A stretch of DNA of 64,000 nt from Candidatus Sumerlaeia bacterium. Its GTDB lineage: Bacteria; Sumerlaeota; Sumerlaeia; SLMS01; JANRJK01. The notes beneath the pieces are model-generated. The model was not told the DNA's origin, did not search any database, and saw only the letters and a program-made list of their open reading frames with translations. The position numbers were made by a program, and so were the translations under genes. Location of the stretch: assembly GCA_033764015.1 (NCBI GenBank), contig JANRJK010000008.1:1-64000 (forward strand). Reading direction: 5' to 3'. The stretch's first letter is position 1; each line of letters opens with the position of its first letter. Below, piece after piece: positions 17,324 to 26,523 of this stretch.

Positions 17324-20300
17324 ATGATGCGCCTGTCCGCCCTGGCGGTCCTCCTCGCGATCGCCGCCACAGCCGACGCCCAGAACTTCCGCAAGGTCCC
17401 CGCCGACCAGTATCAGCGCGGACTGCGCATCGAGGTGGTCGAACTCCTTGAGGAGGGGTTCCGCTTCCGGGTCGTGAACGGCAACCCGCCCGGCGCACTC
17501 CCCGAGTCGCCGGTGCGCCTCACCGGCGTCTTCGCGACGCCCCCGGAAGCCACGGTGTCAATCTCCGAACCGGTGGGGGAGTGGACCTTCCTCCCGGACC
17601 GCGGCGGCTTGGAGGCCGGGCTCGCGCTCGATGCTCCCGCCTCCCTCGCCACGGTCAACGCGCGCAGCCTTACGCCGACCGCCCAGTACCTCGACGAATT
17701 CCGCTCCGTCGGCTTGGCACGCCTCGACATCCCAGTCTCGCCGAACGCGCAGCCGCTCCCGGGCGCAACTGGACGGGCCCCAGGCAATGCCGTCCTCGAC
17801 CGCGCCGAGTACACCGTGACGTGGCAGCGTTCAGGCAACCGCCCACCCTCCGAAACGGAGACCGCGCCGGACCCGCTCCTCGCACAGGTGGCCGCCGACC
17901 TGTTGCTAAACCGCGAACAGGTCGAGGCGCTTCGATCAGGCCCCGCCCCATGGCCCGACGAGGAGCGCTTCGCCAAGTGGAACCAGCTGTGGGAGGGGGC
18001 CCTCCGGCAGGGACCCGTCCTCGTCGCGAAGGCTGCCACTCCCGGCTTCACCGCCGTGCGCCCGGATGACATCCGCAGAGCGGGCCTCGATCCCGGTCGG
18101 TTCGACTCCACCACAACCCGCGCGTTCCTGGACGGGGAAGAGCTGCCCCTCTTCGTTCGCGATTCCGCCGACTGGACCTTCGGCTTCCACCTGCCGGAGT
18201 CGGAATTCGCGCGCGCGCCCTACCGCGCCGTCTGGCTGATGGCGTCGCCCCCCGACTCCGCGCATCCGCCACTCCGGATTGCGCCGTCCACGGGGGAAGC
18301 GGGCACCCCGCTCGAACGGGCGACGGTCTCCGCCAAGCTCTTCCAGCCCCGCGAGTTCATCCCCCAGCTCCCGGCCGAAGTCCCGCACCTTCGCTGGGCG
18401 ACAGCGCTCCTGCCGCAGAACCGCATCCGCCACTTCGACCTCGCCACTCCCGGCGCGCTCCCGGACGAGCCGGCGCGCCTCGTCCTCAGGTTCTCCCAGC
18501 GCAACCCGCAGGAGCGCTCGCCCCTCGAGGTCGCCTTGAACGGTGTGCCCGTCGCCGACGAACTGCTCGAAAACCGCAAGCTGCACGAAGTCTCCATCGC
18601 CATCGAACCGGGACTCCTCCGCTCCGGCCGGCCGAACGAGCTGGGGCTGCGCCTTGCGGGCCACCGGTACGAGGCGACCCCATCCACCTGGGCCCCGGCG
18701 GACATCCCGTTCATCGATGCGCGCATGGAGTTCCGCACCACCTCCGACCGGATTCCGCCGAACCAGCCCTTCACGCCGCTGGCGGAGGGGGAGGCTCCGC
18801 TCTCCTTGCCGGGCACGGGGGAGCGGATCGCGGCGCGCCTCGACGCGGATGGTCGCGCGACCGAGTGGTTCCACGCGGAGTCCGGCCCCCTCCACCTCGG
18901 GACTCCCGCCGGCGGATCGTCGGTGCTGTGGGCAGCTCCCGCGGACTTCGCGTCGCCCGCCAAGGTGGAATCGCCCGGCGCGCCCGTGCTCTTCACGATG
19001 GCTTCCTCGCCGGAATCGCTCGTCATCGCCCCGGCGGAGTTCTCCGGCGAACTCCAACCGCTCCTCGATGACCGCGCGGCCCGCGGTGGCCCCGCGGGAT
19101 TCGTCGCAATCGAGCAGATCTTCCGCGAGTATTCCTACGGCAACGTCTCCTACCAGGCGATCCGCGACCTGCTGCGCAGCCTCTGGCAGCGCTCCGAAGG
19201 GGCGTCGCTCCGCTCGGTGCTACTTGTCGGCGAAGGAAGCGAGACGATCTGGGAGTTGCGCGGCGGCACACCGGAAGGCACCCGCCGGAACTGGGTCCCC
19301 GTGTGGGGATGGGCGGACACCAACGCCACGGTCCGCGGGGACGACAGCTTCGCCACCTTCGTCGGCCAAGGACCGGTCGCGGACATCGAGATCGGGCGTC
19401 TGCCGGTGTCCGACCCGGCGCAAATCGCCGGCCTCATCGAGCGGCACCGCCGCTACCGCGAGGAGCCGCCCCCCGGCGACTGGCGTGCGCGCCATGTGCT
19501 CGTCGCCGACGACGATCCCGAGTTCGCCCGCGTCGCCGATTCGATCGTGCGCAAGACCTTCGACGCTCCCTCCACCGTCGAGCGAGTCTTCCAGCAGGAC
19601 ATGGCCTGGAATCCCTACCCGAGGATCCAGTTCCGCCGCCGCAGCAACGAGATGACCGACCGCGTCGTCGAGGCGCTCAGCGCGGGAGCGGCGACGGTCG
19701 CCTACTTCGGCCATGGCGGCCCCAACGTCTGGACCCACGAGCGCGGCCTCCACCTACGCGACGTCCCACGCATCAACCACGGCGGGCGTGAGCCGATGCT
19801 CTTCATCGCGTCCTGCGACACGGCGTGGGTTGACTATCCGACGGATCCCGTAGCCACCAGCCTCGGCGAGCTGCTGGTGCTCACCGCCGACAGTGGAGCC
19901 ATCGGCATCTGGGCGCCGATCGCGGGCACCTCCTCCTACGAGCACGACTTCCTCCTCACCCGCGCCTACGAACAGTACTTCCGCAACGACCGCCGCCGCC
20001 TCGGCTACCTCACACTGCTCTCGAAGATCGGCTATCTCGGCGACCGGCGGCAGCCCTACGTTTCCAACCAGTACATACTCCTCGGCGACCCGGAGCTCGA
20101 GCTGGTTCCACCGGGCGCGGGAATCGAGCTCGCCGAGACCTCGCACGCGCTGCCGGCGCTGCCCGGCCAGACGCTCTCGATCTCCGGTCGCTCCTCCCGG
20201 CAGGACGCGGGCGAGTTGACCGCGCGCCTCCTCGACAGCTCGAGGCGGCCAATCACCACCTTCGCCTCCCTTGGAGCCGCGGGTGGCGAGTTCTCCGCCT

Positions 20301-22588
20301 CCCTTGCAGTTCCCGGCGTTCCCGCTCCGGGACGGTACTGGTTGCAGGCGGAGCTTCGCTTCGGCGACGGAGCCGCCGAGTTCGGCGAGGCGAGCGTGGA
20401 GGTGCAGGCTCCCGCGGCGACGGTGCTTTGGGCCGGCGAGGCGTCCGAGCGCTTGGCGACTGCGGGGGACTCGCTGGAATTGGATGTGCTAGTTCCGAAC
20501 CAACCCGGCACGCCCGGCGACGAGTTCATGCTGGAAGTCCTGCGCGAGGCCGACGGAGAGCTGATCGACGCCGCGCCGCTGCAGCGGGTCGTCGGCGACG
20601 CCTTCCGCCTCCCCGTCCGGATAAAGGTCCCCGCGGGACGCCTCGACCTCCTCGCGCGCATCGTCCGCGACGATCCCGATCCGACGAAGCGGTGGGTCGC
20701 CGCCGCGGCTGCGCTCCGCCTCATCGCTGAGCCGGAGGGCCTGATCGCCGTGGATGCGGCGACCGCTCGGCAGCAGCGCACGGCGAATTCGCCGGGCGCC
20801 ACGCTCGGAGTGGATGTCCGCCACCTCGGCGAGGGCGCCCTCGCCAGCGCGAACTTCCAGCTTTCGCTGGATGGCATGCCCGAGGCGGTCGTCCAGACGG
20901 ACCGCGCCCAGTTGACCGGGCTTCAACGCGGCGTGGCCGCGCGAATCTCCTTCCCGCTGCTTGAGCCACTTCCCGCCGGGGTCCACCGGGCCACGCTTCG
21001 CTACCGCGCGCAAGCCACCGGCAGCGACCTGACAGAGGGCGAACTGCCCTTCGAGATCGAAGTGCCGAGGGGCCCGGACATCCGCATCGTCCCCGAGTCC
21101 GTGCGACTCGATGGCGGCACGCCCGTGGACGGCTGCACGGTGTTCCTCGCCGCCGAGGTCGAGAATGCCGGCGATGCGACGGCCAAGGCCGTCCGACCCG
21201 TGGTCCGCGACCGGCACCAGCGCGAGGTTCGCGAGCACGTGACCGACGCCGAGTGGATCGCCGGCAAGGACCTACCGCCCGGCAGGCGCATGCCCTTCCG
21301 CATCCGCTACGACGTGACGTTCCCCGAAAATGGGCGCGAGGTCGTCCACCTAACGGCGATATCGCGAACCGCGCCGCTCGACCTGGTGAATACCGCGGAC
21401 GACCTTTACCCCTTCGAGTTCGAGGTGGCCCGCCCAGCCGATGCGGCGGTTTCGGTGGAGGAAGCCGCCGTCGCCCCGCGCATCGCCCGCCAGGGGGACC
21501 GCATCGAACTCAGGGTTCCCGTGCACAACACCGGGGGCACGAGCTGGCCCGAGCCCGCCCTCGCGTGGCGTGTCGAAGCGCTCGACGCGGAGGGGACGCC
21601 ACGCGTCGCGGCGGAGGGCGCGCTCCCGCCACCAGCCCCTGGCGGGTCGGTCGAACTGGCCGCCGAGTGGACCGTCCTTCCGACCGACGCCTCCGCCGTC
21701 CTCTGGGTCTCCCCCGAGCGCGAGGCGCCGGAGGCGGGAATCGCCAACAACTCCTTCCGGATCCCAGTCGAGTTCCTGCGCGTCTGGCCCCGCGATGGCC
21801 GCCTCTCCGCGCGGGACGCCGCCGAAGCGGGCGCGCTGCAACGCCTCTATCTGGACGGCACGGGGAGCCTCCGCGTCCTCACGGGCACCCGAGACGGGGA
21901 GGTGAAGTTCTCCTTCGACCGCGCCTACTCCACCGAACAAGACCTCGCCGACCGGACCACGGCCACCTCGTCCGATGGTCGCTACACCATGTTCGATGGC
22001 ATCCTGCTGGCCGACGAGGGGGAGGACCCCGCCCCGCTCGACCTGCGGTTTCCGGTTCCCGCGGGATTCCCTCCCGCGGGACGCGTCGAGCTCCTTGCCT
22101 CCGGCGTCATTCCCGGCATCAAGGCGCCCTCCGGCGACTTCCGGTTCCGGCTCGGCGCGCAGGGGGAGTGGAAGACCCTCACCCGCACACAACCGAACTT
22201 CACCAAGCTCGGCGTCGCGCCGATCGAGGAAGGAACGCTGGTCCTCACGCTGGCCGGCCCCGGCTATCCCTCCAAGACGGATTTCTACCACCTCCTGCTC
22301 TACCCGCACGGAGGCTCCGCGACGACGCCTGCCTACGAGGGTTTCCCCGCCGGACGTCTGCGCCCCGCGCTGGTGGGCGAGCATCCGGGCGGGACCGGAC
22401 TCCGGCTTGAGATGCGCTCCGGCGCCAGCGTGGAAGGCTCGGTCCGCTGGGGGGAGTGGCTGCCGCTCGATTGGAACACGCCGTTCGAGTCGCCGGGTCC
22501 GGAGTTCGTCCAGTTCCGCTTCTCGCTCGCGGCCACCGTCGGCGAAGAGCCTTCGCTGCGCGAAGTTACCTTTGAGCCGGTCCCCTGA
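17324..22588 (+). CDS. Large secreted C25-family (gingipain/PorU-like) cysteine peptidase with C-terminal Ig-like/CARDB domains
   Basis: Signal peptide; IEQIFREYSYG..AIRDLL, VLLVGE, DIEIGRLPV, catalytic His YFGHGG, catalytic Cys IASCDT, LGELL, GAIG, YILLGDP; CARDB-like PDIRI..VENAG and ANNS motifs. Confidence 0.88.
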   Translation: MMRLSALAVLLAIAATADAQNFRKVPADQYQRGLRIEVVELLEEGFRFRVVNGNPPGALPESPVRLTGVFATPPEATVSISEPVGEWTFLPDRGGLEAGLALDAPASLATVNARSLTPTAQYLDEFRSVGLARLDIPVSPNAQPLPGATGRAPGNAVLDRAEYTVTWQRSGNRPPSETETAPDPLLAQVAADLLLNREQVEALRSGPAPWPDEERFAKWNQLWEGALRQGPVLVAKAATPGFTAVRPDDIRRAGLDPGRFDSTTTRAFLDGEELPLFVRDSADWTFGFHLPESEFARAPYRAVWLMASPPDSAHPPLRIAPSTGEAGTPLERATVSAKLFQPREFIPQLPAEVPHLRWATALLPQNRIRHFDLATPGALPDEPARLVLRFSQRNPQERSPLEVALNGVPVADELLENRKLHEVSIAIEPGLLRSGRPNELGLRLAGHRYEATPSTWAPADIPFIDARMEFRTTSDRIPPNQPFTPLAEGEAPLSLPGTGERIAARLDADGRATEWFHAESGPLHLGTPAGGSSVLWAAPADFASPAKVESPGAPVLFTMASSPESLVIAPAEFSGELQPLLDDRAARGGPAGFVAIEQIFREYSYGNVSYQAIRDLLRSLWQRSEGASLRSVLLVGEGSETIWELRGGTPEGTRRNWVPVWGWADTNATVRGDDSFATFVGQGPVADIEIGRLPVSDPAQIAGLIERHRRYREEPPPGDWRARHVLVADDDPEFARVADSIVRKTFDAPSTVERVFQQDMAWNPYPRIQFRRRSNEMTDRVVEALSAGAATVAYFGHGGPNVWTHERGLHLRDVPRINHGGREPMLFIASCDTAWVDYPTDPVATSLGELLVLTADSGAIGIWAPIAGTSSYEHDFLLTRAYEQYFRNDRRRLGYLTLLSKIGYLGDRRQPYVSNQYILLGDPELELVPPGAGIELAETSHALPALPGQTLSISGRSSRQDAGELTARLLDSSRRPITTFASLGAAGGEFSASLAVPGVPAPGRYWLQAELRFGDGAAEFGEASVEVQAPAATVLWAGEASERLATAGDSLELDVLVPNQPGTPGDEFMLEVLREADGELIDAAPLQRVVGDAFRLPVRIKVPAGRLDLLARIVRDDPDPTKRWVAAAAALRLIAEPEGLIAVDAATARQQRTANSPGATLGVDVRHLGEGALASANFQLSLDGMPEAVVQTDRAQLTGLQRGVAARISFPLLEPLPAGVHRATLRYRAQATGSDLTEGELPFEIEVPRGPDIRIVPESVRLDGGTPVDGCTVFLAAEVENAGDATAKAVRPVVRDRHQREVREHVTDAEWIAGKDLPPGRRMPFRIRYDVTFPENGREVVHLTAISRTAPLDLVNTADDLYPFEFEVARPADAAVSVEEAAVAPRIARQGDRIELRVPVHNTGGTSWPEPALAWRVEALDAEGTPRVAAEGALPPPAPGGSVELAAEWTVLPTDASAVLWVSPEREAPEAGIANNSFRIPVEFLRVWPRDGRLSARDAAEAGALQRLYLDGTGSLRVLTGTRDGEVKFSFDRAYSTEQDLADRTTATSSDGRYTMFDGILLADEGEDPAPLDLRFPVPAGFPPAGRVELLASGVIPGIKAPSGDFRFRLGAQGEWKTLTRTQPNFTKLGVAPIEEGTLVLTLAGPGYPSKTDFYHLLLYPHGGSATTPAYEGFPAGRLRPALVGEHPGGTGLRLEMRSGASVEGSVRWGEWLPLDWNTPFESPGPEFVQFRFSLAATVGEEPSLREVTFEPVP

Positions 22589-22610
22589 ACGGCGGGAGTC
22601 TTCGCGCACG

Positions 22611-23705
22611 ATGAGCGACACACCCTCCAGCGCCCCGAGCCAGGACACGACGGTCCTTGTGGACCTGAAGCGGCTGCTTCCGGTGTGGGTGCTCGCCTTC
22701 GCCGGCGCCGTGGGCGCGCTTATGATCCTCCGGCACAGCGGCGCGCGCTACCTGCTCACCGCTGTCGAGCGCGGGGGAGACCCCTGCCAGGTGGCCGCTA
22801 TCCGCGAGCAGGCCGGCCTCCGCATCCACCGCCAGCTACTTCGCGACGTCGCCCGGGCCCAGCAGGACCGCGCCACCCCTCAAGACCCCGCCGCGCCCTC
22901 CGCCCTCGGGATCCTGAAAGGCGACCCGCGCCTCGACGAGGCCCGGGGCCCCCTCGCCGAAGCGGTCGCCGGCTGCCCGAACAGCCACTACCTCTACCGC
23001 GACCTGTCACAGCTCGCCTATTGGCAGGGCGACGAAGCCGCCGCGCACGAGCTGATGGGCCGATACTTCCGGGCCAGCAATCTCCCCGCCGATGCCGCCG
23101 TCGAATTCCGCCTCGCCCTCGACGCGGAGCCGGACCGCGCCAGCGCCCGGATCGAACTCGCGAAGCTCCGGCTCGACCAGTCGGACACGACCGATGCGCT
23201 CGCGCTCCTTTCCCCGCTCCTGGACCGTCTTGAGGAGCTGCCCGGAGGCACGCTCGCCGCCGCCCGCCTCGCCGAGGCGCGGGGCGACCGCGACTCGGCG
23301 TGGGAGCTGGCGAAGGAGGCGGTTCGCCTCGTCCCGGCGGACCGCGAGGCGTTCGCCTTCGCCCAGCGGCTCGCCGACGGAAGGACCCGGTGGGTCGAGT
23401 CCGGGGACTTCTTCGCCGAGGTCGCTGCGCTTCCGGGCGCGCTCGCGGGACCGACGCACCACTTGGCGGGGATATTCTACCGGAACGGGGAAGCGTGGCC
23501 GCAGGCACTTGGTCAGTTCTCGCGCGCGGCGGAACTCCTGCCGCGCAACCACCTCGTCCAGTTCGACCACGCCACCGAACTCTGGCGTTCCGGCGACTTC
23601 GCCGGGGCGAAGGCTGCCTACCAGCGCGCCGCGGAAGCGGACCTTGAAGGCACCGTGGCCCTCCGCCTCCAGTCTCCCATCGATCCGACGGCACCCGGGC
23701 CGTGA
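22611..23705 (+). CDS. Membrane-anchored TPR protein
   Basis: From MSDTPSS; TM LLPVWVLAFAGAVGALMIL; multiple TPR-like repeats (FRLALDAEPD, EAVRLVP, RAAELLP). Confidence 0.8.
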   Translation: MSDTPSSAPSQDTTVLVDLKRLLPVWVLAFAGAVGALMILRHSGARYLLTAVERGGDPCQVAAIREQAGLRIHRQLLRDVARAQQDRATPQDPAAPSALGILKGDPRLDEARGPLAEAVAGCPNSHYLYRDLSQLAYWQGDEAAAHELMGRYFRASNLPADAAVEFRLALDAEPDRASARIELAKLRLDQSDTTDALALLSPLLDRLEELPGGTLAAARLAEARGDRDSAWELAKEAVRLVPADREAFAFAQRLADGRTRWVESGDFFAEVAALPGALAGPTHHLAGIFYRNGEAWPQALGQFSRAAELLPRNHLVQFDHATELWRSGDFAGAKAAYQRAAEADLEGTVALRLQSPIDPTAPGP

Positions 23706-25588
23706 ACGTGGACGGAGAGTCGCCGCGGTTCCCGTGGACCCGCGAACCGCACCGCTGGCGTCCGCTCTTCCTAGTGCTCGGCGCGTGGCTGCTCGCCACG
23801 CTACCGAGCCCGTTCATCGGGCTTTTCGCGGACGATTGGTTCCAAGTGAGGCCTCGCACGCTGGCCGAAGTCGCCGCCACCTTCACGGGCGACTGGAACC
23901 GTGGCGACCGGGGCCTCGGCACGGGCTTCTACCGCCCGCTCGCGCGCACATCCTTCGCTCTTGATGTCGGGTTCTGGGGCGGGTTCTACCCGGGCTACCG
24001 GCTCGCTAGCTCCGCTCTGCTCCTCGTAGTGCTCGCGGGGGCGTACCGCGCCGCCTTGCTCCTGAACGGCGGACGCCGCTGGTGCGCCGCGATCGCGGCC
24101 GCGATGCTCGCGGTGTGCCCGCTCCTCGCCGAGGGCCATTATTGGCTTAGCGCCCGCGCCGACCTGCTGGCCGCCGCTTTCCTAGCCTGGTCGCTCTGGG
24201 CCGGTCTCCGCGCCATCGAAGCCGACGCGCCGCGCTGGGCGGTTCTTTCGGTGCTCCTCGCGATGGGATCGATGCTTTCCAAGGAAGTCGGCCTCATGGC
24301 CGCGCCCGCGCTTGTGCTAGCCTCCTACCTCCTCGGTCGCCGGGGGCACCGCGCGCCCTGGGTGCTGGCCATCGGCGCCGGAGTGGCCGCCGCGGCCTAC
24401 CTGGCGCTGCGCCTCCACGCCATCGGGGGGATCGGCGGCTACTACGCCGCCGCCGCCAGCCACTACCGGGTCTTCGACCTCGCAATGAACCTTCTTGCGA
24501 TGCTTGGCGCGCTCGCGGCGCCCGCCACGGGCTCTTTCGCCGGAGCCTACCACCCGGCTTCGGGGATGCTGTGGCTCGCGGTCGGCGCGGGAGCCCTCGC
24601 CGCCACCGGGTTCCACCGCCCCCTCGCAGCCGTGCTTGGCGGAACGCTCCTCTTCCTGCTCCCCATGGCAGGGCTTCGGATCGGGCCCCTGGACGGCACC
24701 CGGGTACTGGCCTGCGCGTTGGTGTTCCAAACCTGCGCGGCCGCCATCGTCCTGTCGCGCCTCGCCGAATGGAAGTTCCTCCGCATCCCGGGGACACTCT
24801 GGGCAGGGCTCCTCGGCCTTGTGTGGCTATTCACGACGCTGGCTGCCGCGGGGCAGTTCCTCTCCGCGACGCGCCCCGCCAAGCGCGCCGTCGCCGAAGC
24901 GATGGCGAGCATCGACGCCCACGCTGCCCATGGCGAGCGCGAGTTCGTCCTGCGCGATCCGCCCGATCCGCCCGGCGAACGCCGCATCCTGCGCCCGGGC
25001 ATGGCGCTGTTCTTCGCCATCCAGAACGAATACGTCCGCCGCGGGGGCGTGGCCGACTTCCAAGGCCCGTACTTGGCCGCCGCGCTCGATGCGATCCGCG
25101 TCCGCGTCCATGTGCTGCCGGGAGCCGACATGCCCGCCCGTGTGGTGGAACTCGAGGTCCGCCCCGACGGCAGTATCCGTTCCACCCCGCTCGACCGCGT
25201 CGGTGCCGCCACTTGGGTGCCGAGCGCGGCGCACTCGACGCTCCGGGCTATCGAGCCCCCCGAGCCGTCGCGCCGGGCCGCCTTCTTATTGGACGACCTC
25301 GGCGCCCCCGGTTTCCACGTCGTCGAATTCACCGCGGACGGCGGGCCGTTGGACGGGCCGGTCGCGAGGTGGCGCACCCGCGCCGGGGACGAGGTCGCGG
25401 CCTCGCCCTTGGCCCTGGCCGCTCCCGCCCCCCCCGCGCTCTGGTCCGCCGCGGCATGGGTGGGCGACGGAGCGGCGATCCTCGTCCTCGACCCCTCCCG
25501 TCGCCCTGCGCGATTCCAACTCCGCTCGCTCACCCACGCACTCTACCGCGAAGCCGGCCCGCCGGCGGATTCGGAAGGAACACCATGA
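23702..25588 (+). CDS. Multi-pass GT-C fold glycosyltransferase, TMTC-like
   Basis: FADDW acidic loop, FYRPL, EGHYWLSARADLL, LSKE; many TM segments; GTGA overlap with upstream gene. Confidence 0.72.
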   Translation: MNVDGESPRFPWTREPHRWRPLFLVLGAWLLATLPSPFIGLFADDWFQVRPRTLAEVAATFTGDWNRGDRGLGTGFYRPLARTSFALDVGFWGGFYPGYRLASSALLLVVLAGAYRAALLLNGGRRWCAAIAAAMLAVCPLLAEGHYWLSARADLLAAAFLAWSLWAGLRAIEADAPRWAVLSVLLAMGSMLSKEVGLMAAPALVLASYLLGRRGHRAPWVLAIGAGVAAAAYLALRLHAIGGIGGYYAAAASHYRVFDLAMNLLAMLGALAAPATGSFAGAYHPASGMLWLAVGAGALAATGFHRPLAAVLGGTLLFLLPMAGLRIGPLDGTRVLACALVFQTCAAAIVLSRLAEWKFLRIPGTLWAGLLGLVWLFTTLAAAGQFLSATRPAKRAVAEAMASIDAHAAHGEREFVLRDPPDPPGERRILRPGMALFFAIQNEYVRRGGVADFQGPYLAAALDAIRVRVHVLPGADMPARVVELEVRPDGSIRSTPLDRVGAATWVPSAAHSTLRAIEPPEPSRRAAFLLDDLGAPGFHVVEFTADGGPLDGPVARWRTRAGDEVAASPLALAAPAPPALWSAAAWVGDGAAILVLDPSRRPARFQLRSLTHALYREAGPPADSEGTP

Positions 25589-26523
25589 GGATCCTCGTCA
25601 CCGGAGCGCTCGGCTTCGTCGGCCCCTGGCTAGTGCGCGAGCTGCTCGAACATGGCCACGAGGTCTGCGCCACCGGCTTCGAGACCGCAGCCGCCGGCCC
25701 CTCGGGAGTCCCCTACGCGCGGGCCGACCTCGCCGAGGCGGGGCAGGTCGCCGCGATGCTCGACACCCTGCGCCCGGAAGCGGTCATCCACCTCGCGGCG
25801 ATGTCCGAACCGAAAGCGAGTTGGGAGCACCCCGGCGACTTCTTCCGCGTGAACGCCGCGGCCACCTGCGACCTCTTCCTCGCCTGCGCCGCGCGCAGGG
25901 TCTCCCGCTTCCTCCACGCCGGCTCCAGCGAAGTCTACGGCATCGTCCCGCGGGCCGAACTGCCGCTCCGCGAGGACTCGCCCGCGCGCCCCGCGAACCC
26001 CTACGCGGTGTCCAAGCTCGCCGCCGAGCAGGCGCTACTTCTCCTCGCGAAGATCCATCCGGTCCAGGTGGTCGCCGCCCGCCCGTTCAGCCACACCGGG
26101 CCCGGCCAGTCCACGCGCTTCGTGTGCCCCGCCTTCGCGCGGCAGGCCGTCGACGCCGCGGCGGGACGCATCCCGGGGATCCTCCACGGCGACCTGTCGA
26201 CCCGGCGCGACTTCCTCGATGTCCGCGACGTCGTCCGCGCGTACCGGTTGTTGATTGAGTCAACGATCCCCGGCGGCGCCTACAACATCTGCCGCGGCGA
26301 GTCCGTCGCCATCGCCGATGTGCTGGGCGACCTCCTCGCGATCGCGGGAGCGGACCCGTCGCTCGCGCGCTTCGACCCTCTCCGGGCCCGACCGGTCGAC
26401 CTGCCGGAACTTCGGGGGGACTTCTCGAAGCTCCACGCCGCCACCGGCTGGGAGCCGTCGATCCCGTGGCGCCGGACCCTCGAGGACTTGGTGGCCAGCG
26501 CCGCCGCCGAGGCGGCCCGGTGA
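25585..26523 (+). CDS. Extended SDR NDP-sugar reductase/dehydratase, Rmd-like (GDP-4-keto-6-deoxymannose reductase)
   Basis: ILVTGALGFVG, HLAA, SSEVYG, NPYAVSK, RPFSHTGPGQ, RDFLDVRDVVRAY; ATGA overlap. Confidence 0.88.
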   Translation: MRILVTGALGFVGPWLVRELLEHGHEVCATGFETAAAGPSGVPYARADLAEAGQVAAMLDTLRPEAVIHLAAMSEPKASWEHPGDFFRVNAAATCDLFLACAARRVSRFLHAGSSEVYGIVPRAELPLREDSPARPANPYAVSKLAAEQALLLLAKIHPVQVVAARPFSHTGPGQSTRFVCPAFARQAVDAAAGRIPGILHGDLSTRRDFLDVRDVVRAYRLLIESTIPGGAYNICRGESVAIADVLGDLLAIAGADPSLARFDPLRARPVDLPELRGDFSKLHAATGWEPSIPWRRTLEDLVASAAAEAAR

